The notes: generated by a model not told the origin, from the letters alone. Positions 14,136-27,388 are shown, counted from the first letter of the stretch. The stretch: 64,000 nucleotides of DNA from Octopus vulgaris (GCA_951406725.2 OX597819.1:186001-250000), one strand, 5' to 3'. Numbers and translations: made by a program.

Positions 14136-15317
14136 TCCCTTCATTATTTCTATTTGTTTAAAAACAACAAAACAATAATGACATTTCCAACGAAAAAGTA
14201 ATAATTTGACTTATTGTTTTTGAGGTGAGTAAATATAAATGATTAAATGATTACATATATTTCAGCACATACACTCAATTAATAAACGTATACATCTAAA
14301 TACTTTACTCATACAATGAACAGATGTATTTCCTTATAAAAAGAAACATTTCTTATTTGTCATGTGTATACCCTAATTCCAAAGCAATGTACAGTATCAC
14401 TAAATTTAATTTATAGTCGTGGAAAAACTAAATATACATAAACAAAAGATGCATAAGTTTATAACAGCATTCTGTCTATCCACATTAAGTAAGGCATACA
14501 GAATGCTATTTTGAACTAATATTGCTTCCGTCGCTAAAAATGAATTTTTACTCGGCCTGCCAGCTACTTGCGACACCAGTGATTTGTTAACCACTTTTTT
14601 TTTCTATATCAGCGGAGGCTAAATTTGTCTAAGCTTTCAATTAATAGTGGATATTTGCTACTGATGATGCTCAAAGAAGCAGAAATCTAGATTTAGCAAT
14701 TCCACCGCCACTGCTGGACGCTTTTCCTCTGTTGCTGGTATACTTCTGTACTTTTTAACACTATACGTCTAAACGAAATACTTTTTGGAGACAACGTAGT
14801 TTTGTGACACTCTACAGTATAACCACATTAAGTAAGATTCACAGAAAGCTATTTTGAAGTAATACTGCTTCCATCGCTCATATAACATTTATACATAATT
14901 TTACTTTTTAAATGAAGTGTACCCAAAGTAAATGGATGCACAATCAAAACGCACATATCTCGTGAATGTTTTTGTCATATAAGCCAGTATTTGGATATTT
15001 TATGGGGTGTAGGTAATTTGTGTCTGTATTCAGTAAAATCAATGCATAGAACAAAACAAAAAGAAAAACACGTATGTTATTAACTTTCGTCCGAGTTTAT
15101 ATCTCTTAACTCCGAATTCAACTTAACCATTTGTCCCTTACCAGATCGATAGAATACCAAAGAACTGAGATCGATATAATTGACTAAACCTTCGAAGGCA
15201 ATGCTTTAAATGTCTCTAGCAAATTTTGTATGTATATCTGTATGTATGTATGTGTGTGTGTGTGTGCATGTGTGTATGGATGGATGGATGGATAGCTATA
15301 TAGAGAGATAAATATAC

Positions 15318-15350
<33 letters not shown>

Positions 15351-17849
15351 TGTACGAACGTATTTGAATTTTTTTAAATGTACGTATGTATATATTGTAA
15401 GCGGCAGGTAAAAGTACCGGAAGAAACAGAAAGCTGAACATATTTGTAATATCTTAAAGTTACATAACTTCCAGCTGGTTTTCCTTGAAAACATATGAAG
15501 TCCATACATACGTACGTACGTACGTACGTATGTATGTAAGTATGCATGTATGTATGTATGTATGCTTGTACATATGTATACTGAAGGCACACGACCAGAT
15601 GGTTGTGGTTAGGTGTCGGGCTTATGGGCATAAGGTCACTGATTCAATTTCTGGACCGAGCGACATGCTGTGACCTTGAGCAAGGCATTTCATGTTGCCC
15701 CATTCCATACACAGCTGGAAATGAACACCAGCCTAGAGCGAATGCACCTCTTTCTCCCTCCAGCTGCTACACCCTTGATGTTCCACTGAGACAAGGAGGA
15801 AGAGGGCCGCTAATTGTTTTAGGTTCCTATGCAGTAACAGGCAAACACAGATAGATGCCTTAAACAATTGACGAACCTTGGTTCAGACTACCCAGTCATG
15901 CTCGCTAGGGTTATATATATGTGTGTGTGTGTGTGTGTTCACGTGAGTGCACGTGCGTATTTGTATGGGTGTGTGTGAATGTGTGTGTGTTATGTGAAGA
16001 AATAACTGCGGTCGTCTTGAATCCTTTTTCTTGATGGCTTTTTTCATCTCATTATTTCTTTATGCTAAGTTTGCATCAATAAAGACGTTCTTAAATCTAT
16101 TAACATTTTGAAACCGTTTCGGTCTCATTTTCTTGTTGAGGTGGTGATGGTGGTGACAGCAGAGCTGCACTTTTTGTAGTAGGCAGCAAAGGGTCGTAGG
16201 AATTATGTTGAAACTAATAAAATCATCGTCGCCATATTTTATATTGTTAAACTCTTAAAACTAGTTTGTTTCCAATACATTATTACAACCCAAAGCAACA
16301 CAGATCAACGGAACAGCCTGTTCTTGAAATTAATGTGCATGTGGTTGAGCACTCCACAGACACATGTACCCGTACACGTAGTTCTCGTGGAGATTCAGTG
16401 TGACACAGAGTGTGACATGACTAGACTTTTGAAAAACAAGTACTACTCATTTTTACCAGCTGAGTGACCCTGGAGCAACATGAAATAAAGTGTCTTGCTC
16501 AAGGACACAATGCATCGCCGGGAATTGAACTCACTACCTTGCGATCATGAACAGAATGCCCTAACCACTAAACCACGAATGTTCACATATATATTTACAT
16601 ATATATATTTACATATATATGTTCACATATATATTTACCTACATGCATACATACATACATGAATACATTATGGCTGCCCCCTCATTATCGAGTATGGTCA
16701 TTGCACGAAGCTTAACTGTTACTGGTGCTGTGATCGAATGTGACTTTTTTGCCCAAGATCTACAATGTCTTGTACAAAAATTGGCAACTAAAACCTTTAC
16801 CGGTAATAGCGGCTGTAGTTGTAACTGGGCTTCATGTACCTTTGCATGTCGTTTAAATCCTCCTGCCGAATTACACTCTCTTCCACATGCCCGACAGATA
16901 TGATTAGTATGGTGTAGTATGATTAGTGGCAAGGTTGTCACTCATCTGTCTCATTTTATGACTACGAAGATGTCTCATGAGTCCAGCTTTACTGAGGCAG
17001 GGTCTTGCACAGAGAAAAACAAGTACTACTCATTTTTACCAGCTGAATCAAAAGCATGTCAGAATCAAAAGAAGACCCTTCCCTTCTGGAAGTGTAACAG
17101 CGATACATACATGAATACATACATGCATGCATACATACATACATACATACATCTCACGTCTATTATAGCACCTAGCAATGTAAGTGAGGCTTCAGATCTG
17201 CTGGCTGGAGACATATAACCTCTTTACTCACCACTAAGCCACACGCCTTCACTCCCATATAGAATACCACACAAAAAACACAAAGATTAACAATAAATTT
17301 AAAACACAGATACAGCCCCAGCGGGGTAAACTATGACTATAGCCTGGATTTAAATGTTAATCAGTTTTAAATCAGGTGATGATGATTTTATCAATTACAT
17401 CATAATGTCTCTAATACCTCGTTTTCCGCTGCATAATGATACTACCATCAAAGCTACATTACGAAGATCAGAAGGCCTTAATGGCCACAAGAACATTGTT
17501 GTTCTGTACTAATCATTTCAACAGAAAGATTAAACTCGGGAGACTCATGGTCGATAATATCAACCTAAGTACTGGCTGGCATTATATTTTATCTACTTGA
17601 GAAGAATAGAACAACAAAAATCCCAGCGTGATACGAACGCAGAAGAACACAAAAAGACCATAGCTGAATAAGATAAGGAATATTTATCACTCGCTCTACC
17701 AAGTCTTCCACTCCATTCAATCATATCGATAAATATCGGACGGGTAGACCGAACATGAATAAAAGAAATAATCTGAAGGACAGCGCAATAAAATGCAGGT
17801 TTACACAAGTTTGTAGTAAGACTGGACAGTGTGTTAGTACAGCACACAC

Positions 17850-17885
<36 letters not shown>

Positions 17886-18032
17886 CACATATATAAGTGT
17901 GTGTGTGTATGTATGCATGCATGTGTGTATATATATATATTATTGAAAACAAGTGGATGTATTCCACCGAAACTAGGTAAATAAAGCCTTCGAACTGGGA
18001 CGATCAGTAGCGACACCTGCAAGTCTGACTAC

Positions 18033-18074
18033 GCTGCATTGATAAGGGGCAACAACCCTGAAACTTCGTCTAGC
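18033..18074 (+). ncRNA. Type I hammerhead motif, U3-A8 variant, stem I partly eroded
   Basis: gctgca-TTGATAA-gggg caacaa ccct-GAAA-cttcg-TC-tagc, in a monomer (17941-18306) of the 363-bp family. Confidence 0.62.
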
Positions 18075-18300
18075 TGTCTGACTGGCAGGATGAAGCGGCT
18101 GACCTCCCTTGTTCGAAGGTTTATAATGGACACAGTTTGTGTGTCAAATAGCTAGCTTAAAGCGATGGCCTCATGGAGCTAATCAGCGACAGCTTTAGTC
18201 TTATATTTATAAGACTGCCATATTAGTATGGTGATAACTATTAATTTCCAGTAACGCTGCCGTAATCTCTTTTAGAGAGACTTAGTAATTTTAATATTTC

Positions 18301-18354
<54 letters not shown>

Positions 18355-18447
18355 TTAGAGACAATATATAATATTTTACTATAAAATTGGATTCAATCCT
18401 AAATCTGATTTTTCCCTGTAAATTTGGATTTATTCCCTAATATTTAT

Positions 18448-18539
<92 letters not shown>

Positions 18540-18546
18540 ACATATA

Positions 18547-18593
<47 letters not shown>

Positions 18594-18608
18594 ACATATA
18601 TATATATA

Positions 18609-19012
18609 GGCGCAGGAGTGGCTGTGTGGTAAGTAGCTTGCTAACCAGCCACATGGTTCCGGGTTCAGTCCCACTGCGTGGCATCTTGGGCAAGTGTCTT
18701 CTGCTATAGCCCCGGGCCGACCAATGCCTTGTGAGTGGATTTGGTAGACGGAAACTGAAAGAAGCCTGTCGTATATATGTATATATATATATATATGTGT
18801 TTGTGTGTCTGTGTTTGTCCCCCTAGCATTGCTTGACAACCGATGCTGGTGTGTTTACATCCCCGTCACTTAGCGGTTCGGCAAAAGAGACCGATAGAAT
18901 AAGTACTGGGCTTACAAAGAATAAGTCCCGGGGTCGATTTGCTCGACTAAAGGCGGTGCTCCAGCATGGCCGCAGTCAAATGACTGAAACAAGTAAGTAA
19001 AGTAAAGTAAAG
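18609..19012 (+). mobile_element. tRNA-derived SINE family A, full copy
   Basis: A-box tggctgtgtgg, B-box gggttcagtccc, internal microsatellite, (aagta)n tail. Related copies at about 177-335(+), 7379-7720(+), 11440-11600(+), 12220-12366(-). Confidence 0.9.
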
Positions 19013-19045
19013 ATATATACATACATATATTTGTATATATATATA

Positions 19046-19274
19046 TGTTATGTGTAGTTTCGTTCTAATGGGATAGACAACTCAATATGAAGCCATTGTT
19101 ATTGTTTTACGTGCTTATTTACTTTTCATGTTACACGAACTGTCAACATTCGGCGTAGTGATACATATATACCCTAGACACAGTTCGTACTGTTACTAAC
19201 AAAATAGTGCCAAAAGTGGGGATGTATTCTACATATGTATACCTGCGTATACACATAGATATGAATGTGTAACA
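19046..19274 (-). repeat. Gypsy 3' LTR
   Basis: Direct repeat of 23850-24078 with one visible mismatch; purine tract (aagaagaagaga on - strand) at 19275-19286. Confidence 0.95.
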
Positions 19275-19456
19275 TCTCTTCTTCTTGAAAAAAATATAGG
19301 GGTCTTTTGGCAGTGAAGACAAATATAAGTAGTCTCCCTTACTCTAATGGATTGTCAGCGCGAGGTGGCAATCCTGCAGCAGAAATCGTTAGATTATTCT
19401 GCCTCTGCTTTGTAATCTAGCTAAATTAGTTACTTATCATTTCATTTTCTTTTTCT

Positions 19457-22400
19457 TTAACGGTATCGAACCGATGGCAGAATGTTCTTACTCCATCTGG
19501 TGGATCTTGTGCTTCGCACCGGTGTCTGAGGTGTGTTGTTGGGTTGCTGATTGGTGGTTGGTGCCCGTTGAGGTGATGATTCTGTGGGTGTTGTCACTGA
19601 TGCAGCAGGTGTTGTACACGTTGTCTTCGACAGCTTTGGTGTTGGGCGGATGTGGGCCCTGTTGCGTCTCAGCTGCCTACCAGATTCCGTTTCTATTATA
19701 TATGATCTTGGAGTTTCAGCTCTACTGACAACCTGTGCTGGGATCCATGTGGGATCTTGAGTATGCACATGTTGTCCTCCAAGTATCTCAGGTAAGTATT
19801 GTGCATGTTTGTTGTAATATTTCTGTGATTGTTCTTGAGTGGCAGCTAGCTTTGCCCTTGTCTCTTCCTGGTCAATAGGAGGTTGGATCTTGGTTGGTAG
19901 GGTAGTTTTGTACTTCCTGCCATTCAGCAATTCTGCTGGGGATTTCATGTCAGCTCTCAGTGGTGTGGCTCGTAGGGACAGAAGTGCCAGGTGTGGGTCC
20001 TCCTTAGTCTCTCGGCATTTGATTAGTGTTCTCTTCACTGTCTGCATCTGTCTTTCTATAAACCCATGACCTTTGGAGTAGTGTGGAGATGAGGTTGTAA
20101 TATCAAATCCATACTCATCGGCTAGCTTTTTGAATTCTTGCGATGTGAACTGGGTTCCATTGTCACATATGATCTGCTCTGGTATTCATTGCTCTGCTAG
20201 AAGTCCTCGAGCCACTGTAGTGATTGTTTTAGCTCTCAGGTCTTTCACTTTTCTCACAAATGGAAATTTGGAGTAGTAGCAGGCCATTATCAAATACCAT
20301 TCTTGGCTCTCTGTGAACAGATCCACTCCAATAGTTTGCCATGGCCTTCTTGGGATGTCACTAGATATCATTTCTTCCTTTTGTTGTGAGTTTCTGTACT
20401 TTTGACAGATGTGGCATATAGAAACTGTCTTTTCTATGTCTTTGTACATGCCTAACCAATATACTGCTGACTTGGCTCGGAGCTTGCATTTCTCCATTTC
20501 TAGATGCCCTTGGTGGATCTTGTCAAGAATCTCTTTTTGCATTGACTTGGGTATAATTACTCGGGATCCAGCCATCAGGATTCCATTCTCCACTGATATA
20601 TCATCATGGATGGCCCAATATTCACGAATTAGGGGCTGCACCTGATGTCTCTTTTCTGGCCACCCCTGAATCACCATCTGAGTAAGGAGCTGGAGTTCTT
20701 CATCTTTGCTGGTCTCCTCTTTGATTTCTGCTAGCTTTGTGGTTGTTACATTTATAATGTGGTGGACCTTTATGCTTAGTCCTGTATCAGTGCTGCACCA
20801 ACTCCTGTTTATCATGTGAGGTTAGTCTGGAAAGAGCATCCACCAATATCAGGTCTTTTCCTGGCTTGTGCCTGATATCATAGTCGTATGTTTGAAGCCT
20901 TAACAGTAATCTTTGCAGTCTGGCTGGTGCTTTCGTGAGGTTTTTTCTATGTATTTGTTCTAGCGGGCAATGGTCTGATTCAATATTGAAATGTCTGCCA
21001 TACAGGTATGTATGGAACTTTTCACATCCATATACTACTGCCAGGAGTTCCCTTTCAATATTTGCGTACCTTGTCTCTGTGGGTGAGAGAGCTTTCGAGG
21101 CATAATGCAATGGGTTTACCTTCCTGTATCAGTGCTGCACCAACTCTTCTCATAGAAGCATCGACTTGGAGTATTATTGGTTTGCGTCTGTCATAGTATT
21201 GCAGAGTTGTCTCCTTACTGATGAGCTTTTTGATTGCTTTGAAATCCTGTGTGTGAAGCACACCAATCAAACTCTACGTCATCTTTGTTTAGTTCTCGGA
21301 GATTTGCAGTGTGATCGGCCAGCTTGGGTATGAAGGCTCCCATGTAGTGGATGAGTCCCAGGAAGCTCCAGAGTTCCTTCTTGTCTTTGGGTTCTTTGAT
21401 GTCTCTGATGGCTTCCACTTTAGCGGGGTCTGGTTTAACTCCCTCTGCAGAGTATATAATTCCAAAGAATTTGCACTCCTTTGCTTTTATCACACGCTTG
21501 TCTGCATTGAATTTGATGCCGGATTGTCGGGTTTTCTCCAGAGCTTCATGTAAATTGAAGTCATGTGTGGTCTCATCCTTGCCATGCACTTGGATGTCAT
21601 CTGCTATTCCAATTGCTCCCTTGCAGCCTCAGTAGGTCTCATCTATTTGGCGCTGGAAAACATCTTGGCTCACCTTCAATCCAAATGGGAGTCGGTTGAA
21701 TCGATATCTGCCAAATGGTGTGTTGAAGGTAGTGAGCATGGATGACTCTTTGTCTATCTTTACATTCCAGTACCCATTGTTGGCATCCAGTTTGCTGAAT
21801 AATTTGGATCCAGCTAATGATGGTGTGATTTCTTCAAGGGTTGGAATTGGATGGTACTCTCTTTTTAAGGCAGCGAGCCGGCATAAACGTTAGCACTCCG
21901 GGTGAAATGCTTACCAATATTTCGTCTGCCACTACGTTCTGAGTTCAAATTCTGCCGAGGTCAACTTTGCCTTTCATCCTTTCGGGGTCGATAAATTAAG
22001 TACCAGTTACGCACTTGGGTTGATGTATTCGACTTAATCCGTTTGTCTATCCTTGTTTGACCTCTCTGTGTCTAGCCCCTTGTGGGTAGTAAAGAAATAG
22101 GTACTCTCTTTTTAATGTCTTGTTCAGGTCCCTTGGGTCGAGGCATATCCGTAGGGTACCATTGGGTTTTTCCTTGATTACAATTGAATTCACCCAGTCT
22201 GTTGGTCGTGTCACTTTGGTGATTATTTCTTTTTTTCCATTCTGTCCAACTCTGTCTTCAGCTTCTCTTTTAGTTCTAGAGGGACGCGGCGAGGTGGGTG
22301 AACAATTGGTTTGGCATTGGGGTCGACTGTTATATGGTATCGACATTTCACAAAGTACCCGACTGTATCGTCAAAGCATTCAGGGTACATGCTAATCAAT

Positions 22401-22790
22401 TCTTCTTTGTTTGTGATTGATGGTCGGTCTTTGATAGGCATATCTCTGTCAATCCTGCTCGGAGCATTGATTGACACAATATTTAGCTTTTTGCAGGTAT
22501 TGAGTCTAAAAATTGCTGGTCCCTCTGTTCTTGTGACATAAAAAGAACACTTGATTATTTTTCCTTTGTGTGTCCCTGTGATTGTTGTTTTACCCAGTTG
22601 TGGAATCCTGGTACCTCCGTACGCAGTGAGGATTACATCACTTGGTGTGAGGATTCCTTCTTTGATTTTATCCTCTTGTGTCATGTGTTCTGGGAACATC
22701 TTTTTGTGGAGGTTGACAGGCAAGATATCACTCTGGGCTCCAGTGTCAATCTTCAGCCTTAAGTCAATGTTTATTCGTTTCTTGCCAGAC
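19457..22790 (-). pseudogene. pol: Gypsy pol (PR-RT-RH-IN), fragmented
   Basis: ORF pieces 22223-22723, 22047-22346, 21215-21589, 20787-21110, 20186-20815 and 19457-20047 carry colinear Pol motifs; interrupted by a SINE, stops and frameshifts. Confidence 0.93.
21869..22099 (+). mobile_element. tRNA-derived SINE (family D, Meta-SINE-like central domain) nested in Gypsy RT
   Basis: Exact 16-bp TSD ggtactctctttttaa (21853-21868, 22100-22115); B-box-like gagttcaaattc; removing it rejoins LNKTLKREY-HPIPTLEE. Confidence 0.92.
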
Positions 22791-23817
22791 TTCTTTTGTA
22801 TTCGTATCGTTGTGTATGCCTCATTTCTTTTTTCTGGTCGTCATTTCCCATCTCATGCACATTTATTGTGCCGATTGCCAAGAATTCCTCTTCTGAGGTG
22901 TTTTGTTCTTGTTGTTGGGCATGTATATCTCTTCTTCTATTTCCGCTCCTCTTTGAAAATTGGGGCTTGTATTTCTGGGATTTTGTCAGTGTACACATTT
23001 TTTCCCAGTGGTTGGGTTTTCCACATGCTTTGCAGTGTGTACTGAATGCAGGACATTTCTTCCGGTTATTGAACTCCTGCTCTGTACCACAGTACTGGCA
23101 TGTTCTTTGTTTGTGGGTATGTTTCGTCCTGTGCCTAGATACAATATCTACACTGCTGCCTAGTGAGCTTGTTTGTAAGGTAAGTGAGGCCATTTGTTTG
23201 GTAGTGGCTTCGAATGTTCTTGCAGTGTCTACTGCTTCTATCAACTGGAGAGCGTCCTTACCTATGAGGGATTTCTGAACTTCTTTATGAGCACACCCCC
23301 ATATTAATTGATCAACAATTCTTTCGTCCTTATCTTTGAATTTGCATTTTTTGGCAACATTCTTTAGTCTGAACAGGAAATTGTCAATCGTTTCTTGTGG
23401 GTCTTGTTTCGGGCCCTGAAATTCGTGTCTGTGAATTCTATGGTTCGATCTGGGCTCTAGGTGCCTTTCAAATTTCTTTAAAAGTGTGTCTGGGTTATTG
23501 CAATCCAATTCTGACATATCCCAGCTATTGAATAGGTCTAGGCCCTTCTCGCCCGTCCATAAAAGGATGTAGCTTACCTTTTCATCGTCAGTTGTGCCTT
23601 TCAGGAAACTTTTGAAAGCTAGTTGAGTTTTCTGTTTGAATTTCTTGAACGCTTCCACGATATCATCGGAGTCCCAGTTCATGATTGGATGTAGATTCAT
23701 CTGTACGGCGACTAGGGTCGCCATTTTGGATCCTTGTGTATGTGTGTCCGAAGACGAAGCGATGTTTTGTTTGTTAAATTTCTGGTTCATTGTGTTTCTG
23801 TTTTGTTGTAAAGGCAC
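22771..23817 (-). CDS. gag: Gypsy Gag (348-aa ORF, frameshifted before protease)
   Basis: RIVDQLIWG-type capsid segment, one intact knuckle CKACGKPNHWEKMC and one degenerate knuckle CQYC...KKC. Confidence 0.88.
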   Translation of the reverse strand: MPLQQNRNTMNQKFNKQNIASSSDTHTQGSKMATLVAVQMNLHPIMNWDSDDIVEAFKKFKQKTQLAFKSFLKGTTDDEKVSYILLWTGEKGLDLFNSWDMSELDCNNPDTLLKKFERHLEPRSNHRIHRHEFQGPKQDPQETIDNFLFRLKNVAKKCKFKDKDERIVDQLIWGCAHKEVQKSLIGKDALQLIEAVDTARTFEATTKQMASLTLQTSSLGSSVDIVSRHRTKHTHKQRTCQYCGTEQEFNNRKKCPAFSTHCKACGKPNHWEKMCTLTKSQKYKPQFSKRSGNRRRDIHAQQQEQNTSEEEFLAIGTINVHEMGNDDQKKEMRHTQRYEYKRSLARNE

Positions 23818-23836
23818 AGTTTCCGGTTAGTTATTT

Positions 23837-23849
23837 ACCGCTGCCACCA
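23837..23849 (-). promoter_or_regulatory. Primer-binding site, tRNA-Leu type
   Basis: TGGTGGCAGCGGT directly after the 5' LTR, complementary to the ...ACCGCTGCCA-CCA 3' end of tRNA-Leu(AAG/TAG). Confidence 0.85.
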
Positions 23850-24078
23850 TGTTATGTGTAGTTTCGTTCTAATGGGATAGACAACTCAATATGAAGCCAT
23901 TGTTATTGTTTTACGTGTTTATTTACTTTTCATGTTACACGAACTGTCAACATTCGGCGTAGTGATACATATATACCCTAGACACAGTTCGTACTGTTAC
24001 TAACAAAATAGTGCCAAAAGTGGGGATGTATTCTACATATGTATACCTGCGTATACACATAGATATGAATGTGTAACA
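23850..24078 (-). repeat. Gypsy 5' LTR
   Basis: Direct repeat of 19046-19274, adjacent to the PBS. Confidence 0.95.
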
Positions 24079-24105
24079 ATATATATATATATAAATATAT
24101 TTGTG

Positions 24106-24138
<33 letters not shown>

Positions 24139-24156
24139 GTATGCATATATATATAT

Positions 24157-24187
<31 letters not shown>

Positions 24188-24311
24188 CATATATATGCAT
24201 ACATATATATATATACAAATATATATATACATATATATATATACACACACATATATATATATATTTATATACATATATATATGCATATATGTGTGTGTGT
24301 GTGTGTGTGTG

Positions 24312-25045
24312 TGTAACAATATGAATTATTTGTTGAAGTCGAGGGCCACCAATTGTAGCGAGAGAAATTGATTTATAAACAATATTATGATTTGTCGGAG
24401 TCAGCAGTTGTAATGATAAAAATATGTTGTTATAATTGCATAATGTAGGATGTGAAAGATGAACAATGGATGAAGTTTTAAGAAAGTGTTTATTTACCGT
24501 TACGCTGAAAAATACCATACCTCGACGGGCAGGTTATGATAAATCCAAAAGCATGCGAAGTGGTAGAATGTTTCTTTGCATAGTTTGGCGTATACGAACA
24601 GTTAGTAGTAATCCGCAGATAGCGATAGAATGATGTTATAAGAGAACAGAATTAGAGCTAGTGAGAGTTGCTGACAGTAAACTTCATGTCCCCCTCTGAC
24701 CAACGTTCTAGCTGGTCAGCCAGACTTCGTTGAGTCGTCACCGACTGTGACTAACTGCTTGGGGCATGCTTGCTTTTATAGCTATCCAGAAAGATAGACA
24801 TATCATTGAGAACAATAGATTTAGTTGGTGGTCTTTTTATCTCTATTCTAGCTTTTGGTGAAGTAGAAGAGGTTAGAAAGGGTCAAGTGGTGAAGACATT
24901 ATTTCGGCCTAGCTAAAGGGATTCTGGCAAATGTCAAACTGCTGTAACAGAAAAACCATTGTTCCACTGTGGGAAAAGTCCTGTTACAGTGTTAATTTAA
25001 ATTTGGCTATGGTGGATCGAATCCACTTCGTGCTTACAAGATCCA

Positions 25046-25050
<5 letters not shown>
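24312..25050 (-). mobile_element. Possible solo LTR
   Basis: TG...CA ends, with TATAAAAG (about 24775) then AATAAA (about 24490) in LTR order on the - strand; no verifiable TSD because flanks are microsatellite. Confidence 0.45.
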
Positions 25051-25101
<51 letters not shown>

Positions 25102-25127
25102 GCACACACACACACACACACACACAT

Positions 25128-26412
25128 AGGGTGCGATGGGTAAATTGTCGCCATTTTATATTTTTAATTTCACTTATGCGCATTGTTTGTTTTTGATTTT
25201 GTCGGCTACACTATGGTTGAGTCAGTTGGACACCGTCTGTGAGAAAAATAGCACCATGGTGCAATTCACTCTGCCAGAAATTTGGAAATGACATGCTTGG
25301 CATTCGCGCTGGAGGCTCTGATACGAACATTTCAGAGTGTTTGGGTGTCAATCTGAGAACACTCAGATTGACACCCAACAATCTGCAGAAGATTTGGAAA
25401 GAGTTAATGAGTCTAATGGTGATTACGGAGGTACGGTAGCTCGGAAAATTCACTCTGATGGTTCTCATAAGAAAAGAACTGCTGAATTTGTTGGTAAGAT
25501 CCAGGCCATGATTGACACCGATTCCTGCAAGTCAGTCAGGTCCATTGCCAGCGACACGGGAGTGTCTGAGTTTCTTATCAGGCAGGTAGTACATGAAGAC
25601 ATTCGGTATCCCTCATACAAGATGAGAAACAGCCAATTTTTATCCCAACCCATCAAGAACAAGAGGAGAGACCGCGCTGTGAAGCCTTTGAGCAAACTCA
25701 AGCGTCCCCTCCAACCGAACATATTTTAGATTTTCTCAACAAGAAAATTTATGCCAGGATCAGATGGTGAACACACAGAACAACTGCTGACTTGCCATGT
25801 CCCTCAAACATGTACCGAGAGTGATAAAAATCAAACATCCAGTCAACATCATGGTATTTGAAGTGATCACTAGTGATGACGACGTTATACCTCCATTCAT
25901 CTTCCCACAAGGCCTCAGATTCAACATGGAGGCTTACATCAAGTGCCTGGAGGAGGTAGTGCTGGGTCAAGAGGGTGGCTGCTAGAAGACCTTATGACTA
26001 GCAATATGACTCTGCATCATGTCACACACGCAGGAGAACCCAGTCATGGTTGTCAGATGACTTCTAACATCTGGCCACCTAAATCCCCAGACTGCAACCT
26101 ACTTGATTATTATGTGTGGGGCGCAGTTGAGCAAGAGACCAACAAAACTCCTTGTAACACTAAAGATGAACTGAAGACAAAGATTATGGCAACATACACC
26201 AACATAAGCAAAGAGACCATCCAGAAGAGTTGCAAGAGATTCCAAAGTCGTCTGGAAGCTGTGGTTCAAGCCAATAGTGATTTTATTGAATGAATTTACT
26301 CTTTAGTACTTCAAGATATTTTTATGTAATTTTTGTAAATATATCTGTTAAAATGAGATGCCAGTGTTATTTTCATTTATGCATAATTTAGACAATTTAT
26401 TCACTGCACTGT
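25128..26412 (+). mobile_element. Tc1/mariner superfamily element, maT (DD37D)-like, decayed
   Basis: HTH piece SVRSIASDTGVSEFLIRQVVHEDIRY, KHPVNIMVF and WPPKSPDCNLLDYYVWG; weak TIR similarity; about 1.3 kb. Confidence 0.85.
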
Positions 26413-26462
26413 GTTTGTGTGTGTGTGTGTGTGTGTTATATATGTATGTATGTATGTATATG

Positions 26463-26522
<60 letters not shown>

Positions 26523-26525
<3 letters not shown>

Positions 26526-26967
26526 CACCCCCTCCCCAATGTGGTTAGCCATGATAAGATGGCTTCTATACTTTACATTATCGAGCGATTACTGTTTCAA
26601 TCTCATTCTGAGATTTAATTATGCTTACTGTCAGTTTTTCGACATCAGTGGCAGACGCCATTAGAAAAACTTATATATTTGCAAAGCAGCCTTCACTTTC
26701 ATCGCGACCTGGTGGTTACCGCCCGTTGACAAGGGACAAAAATCCTGAAACTAGTTCGAGCGTATCACTCAGGCTTGCGAGGAAGGGATGCAAATACTCC
26801 AAGGGCACTGATATAGTGTCTAAAGCCAGCTAGAGACGACGATCTCTTGGGGCTATAAAGCTACAGTAACACCCCCTCCCCAATGTGGTTAGCCATGATA
26901 AGATGGCTTCTATACTTTACATTATCGAGCGATTACTGTTTCAATCTCATTCTGAGATTTAATTATG

Positions 26968-26969
<2 letters not shown>
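26523..26969 (+). repeat. 344-bp unit plus exact 103-bp terminal direct repeat (1.3-mer), HHR-bearing
   Basis: 26523-26625 equals 26867-26969; (TA)n on both sides. Confidence 0.9.
26720..26762 (+). ncRNA. Type I hammerhead motif, U3-A8 variant core
   Basis: cgcccg-TTGACAA-ggga caaaaa tcct-GAAA-ctag-TT-cgagcg. Confidence 0.72.
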
Positions 26970-27017
<48 letters not shown>

Positions 27018-27330
27018 AAATGTTCGAAAGCTTATATTCAAAATAAGATATTGCTATTGTTAATATTATCTGTGGTATATATTTGTAATTGATAATAACA
27101 ACCGTAATATATGCGGTTCCATGTTTAATAGCATTATATAGCGATAAAATTAAAAGTTAGCACGAAGCATAAAGATACACAAAGCATCAGCTTGTTTAGA
27201 AATAGGAGTGAAAGTCCCAATTCAACCACCAAAAAGCACCAAAATAAGAGAAAATAACAGTAAGCGAGGGAAACGGATAAAGAATTTAGAAATTCAAAAG
27301 CATGCCATTAAGGATTATACCATTCAGATG

Positions 27331-27388
27331 CTCATATATCATGGCTTCGGGTTCTGGCCCAATAGGCCTCAACCTTCATCAGTATGAG
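27331..27388 (-). ncRNA. Type I hammerhead motif, GAAA mutated to GAAG
   Basis: ctcata-CTGATGA-aggtt..ggcc tattg ggcc..aaccc-GAAG-ccatga-TA-tatgag, inside a partially tandem element (about 27013-27690). Confidence 0.72.

Larger units (their letters stand above)
19046..24078 (-). mobile_element. Ty3/Gypsy (Mag-like) LTR retrotransposon, full-length, coding-defective
   Basis: 229-bp TG...CA LTRs, ATATA TSD, PBS and PPT. Gag with zinc knuckles, protease LKIDTGAQ, RT (IADDI), RNase H, integrase (HQGH..CHIC, GVDLF, DNGTQF). Several frameshifts and stops. Confidence 0.97.

Noticed and set aside
17317-17340. gcggggtaaactatgact resembling the 28S rRNA R2-site region
   Set aside because: Short imperfect match with no flanking rRNA similarity.
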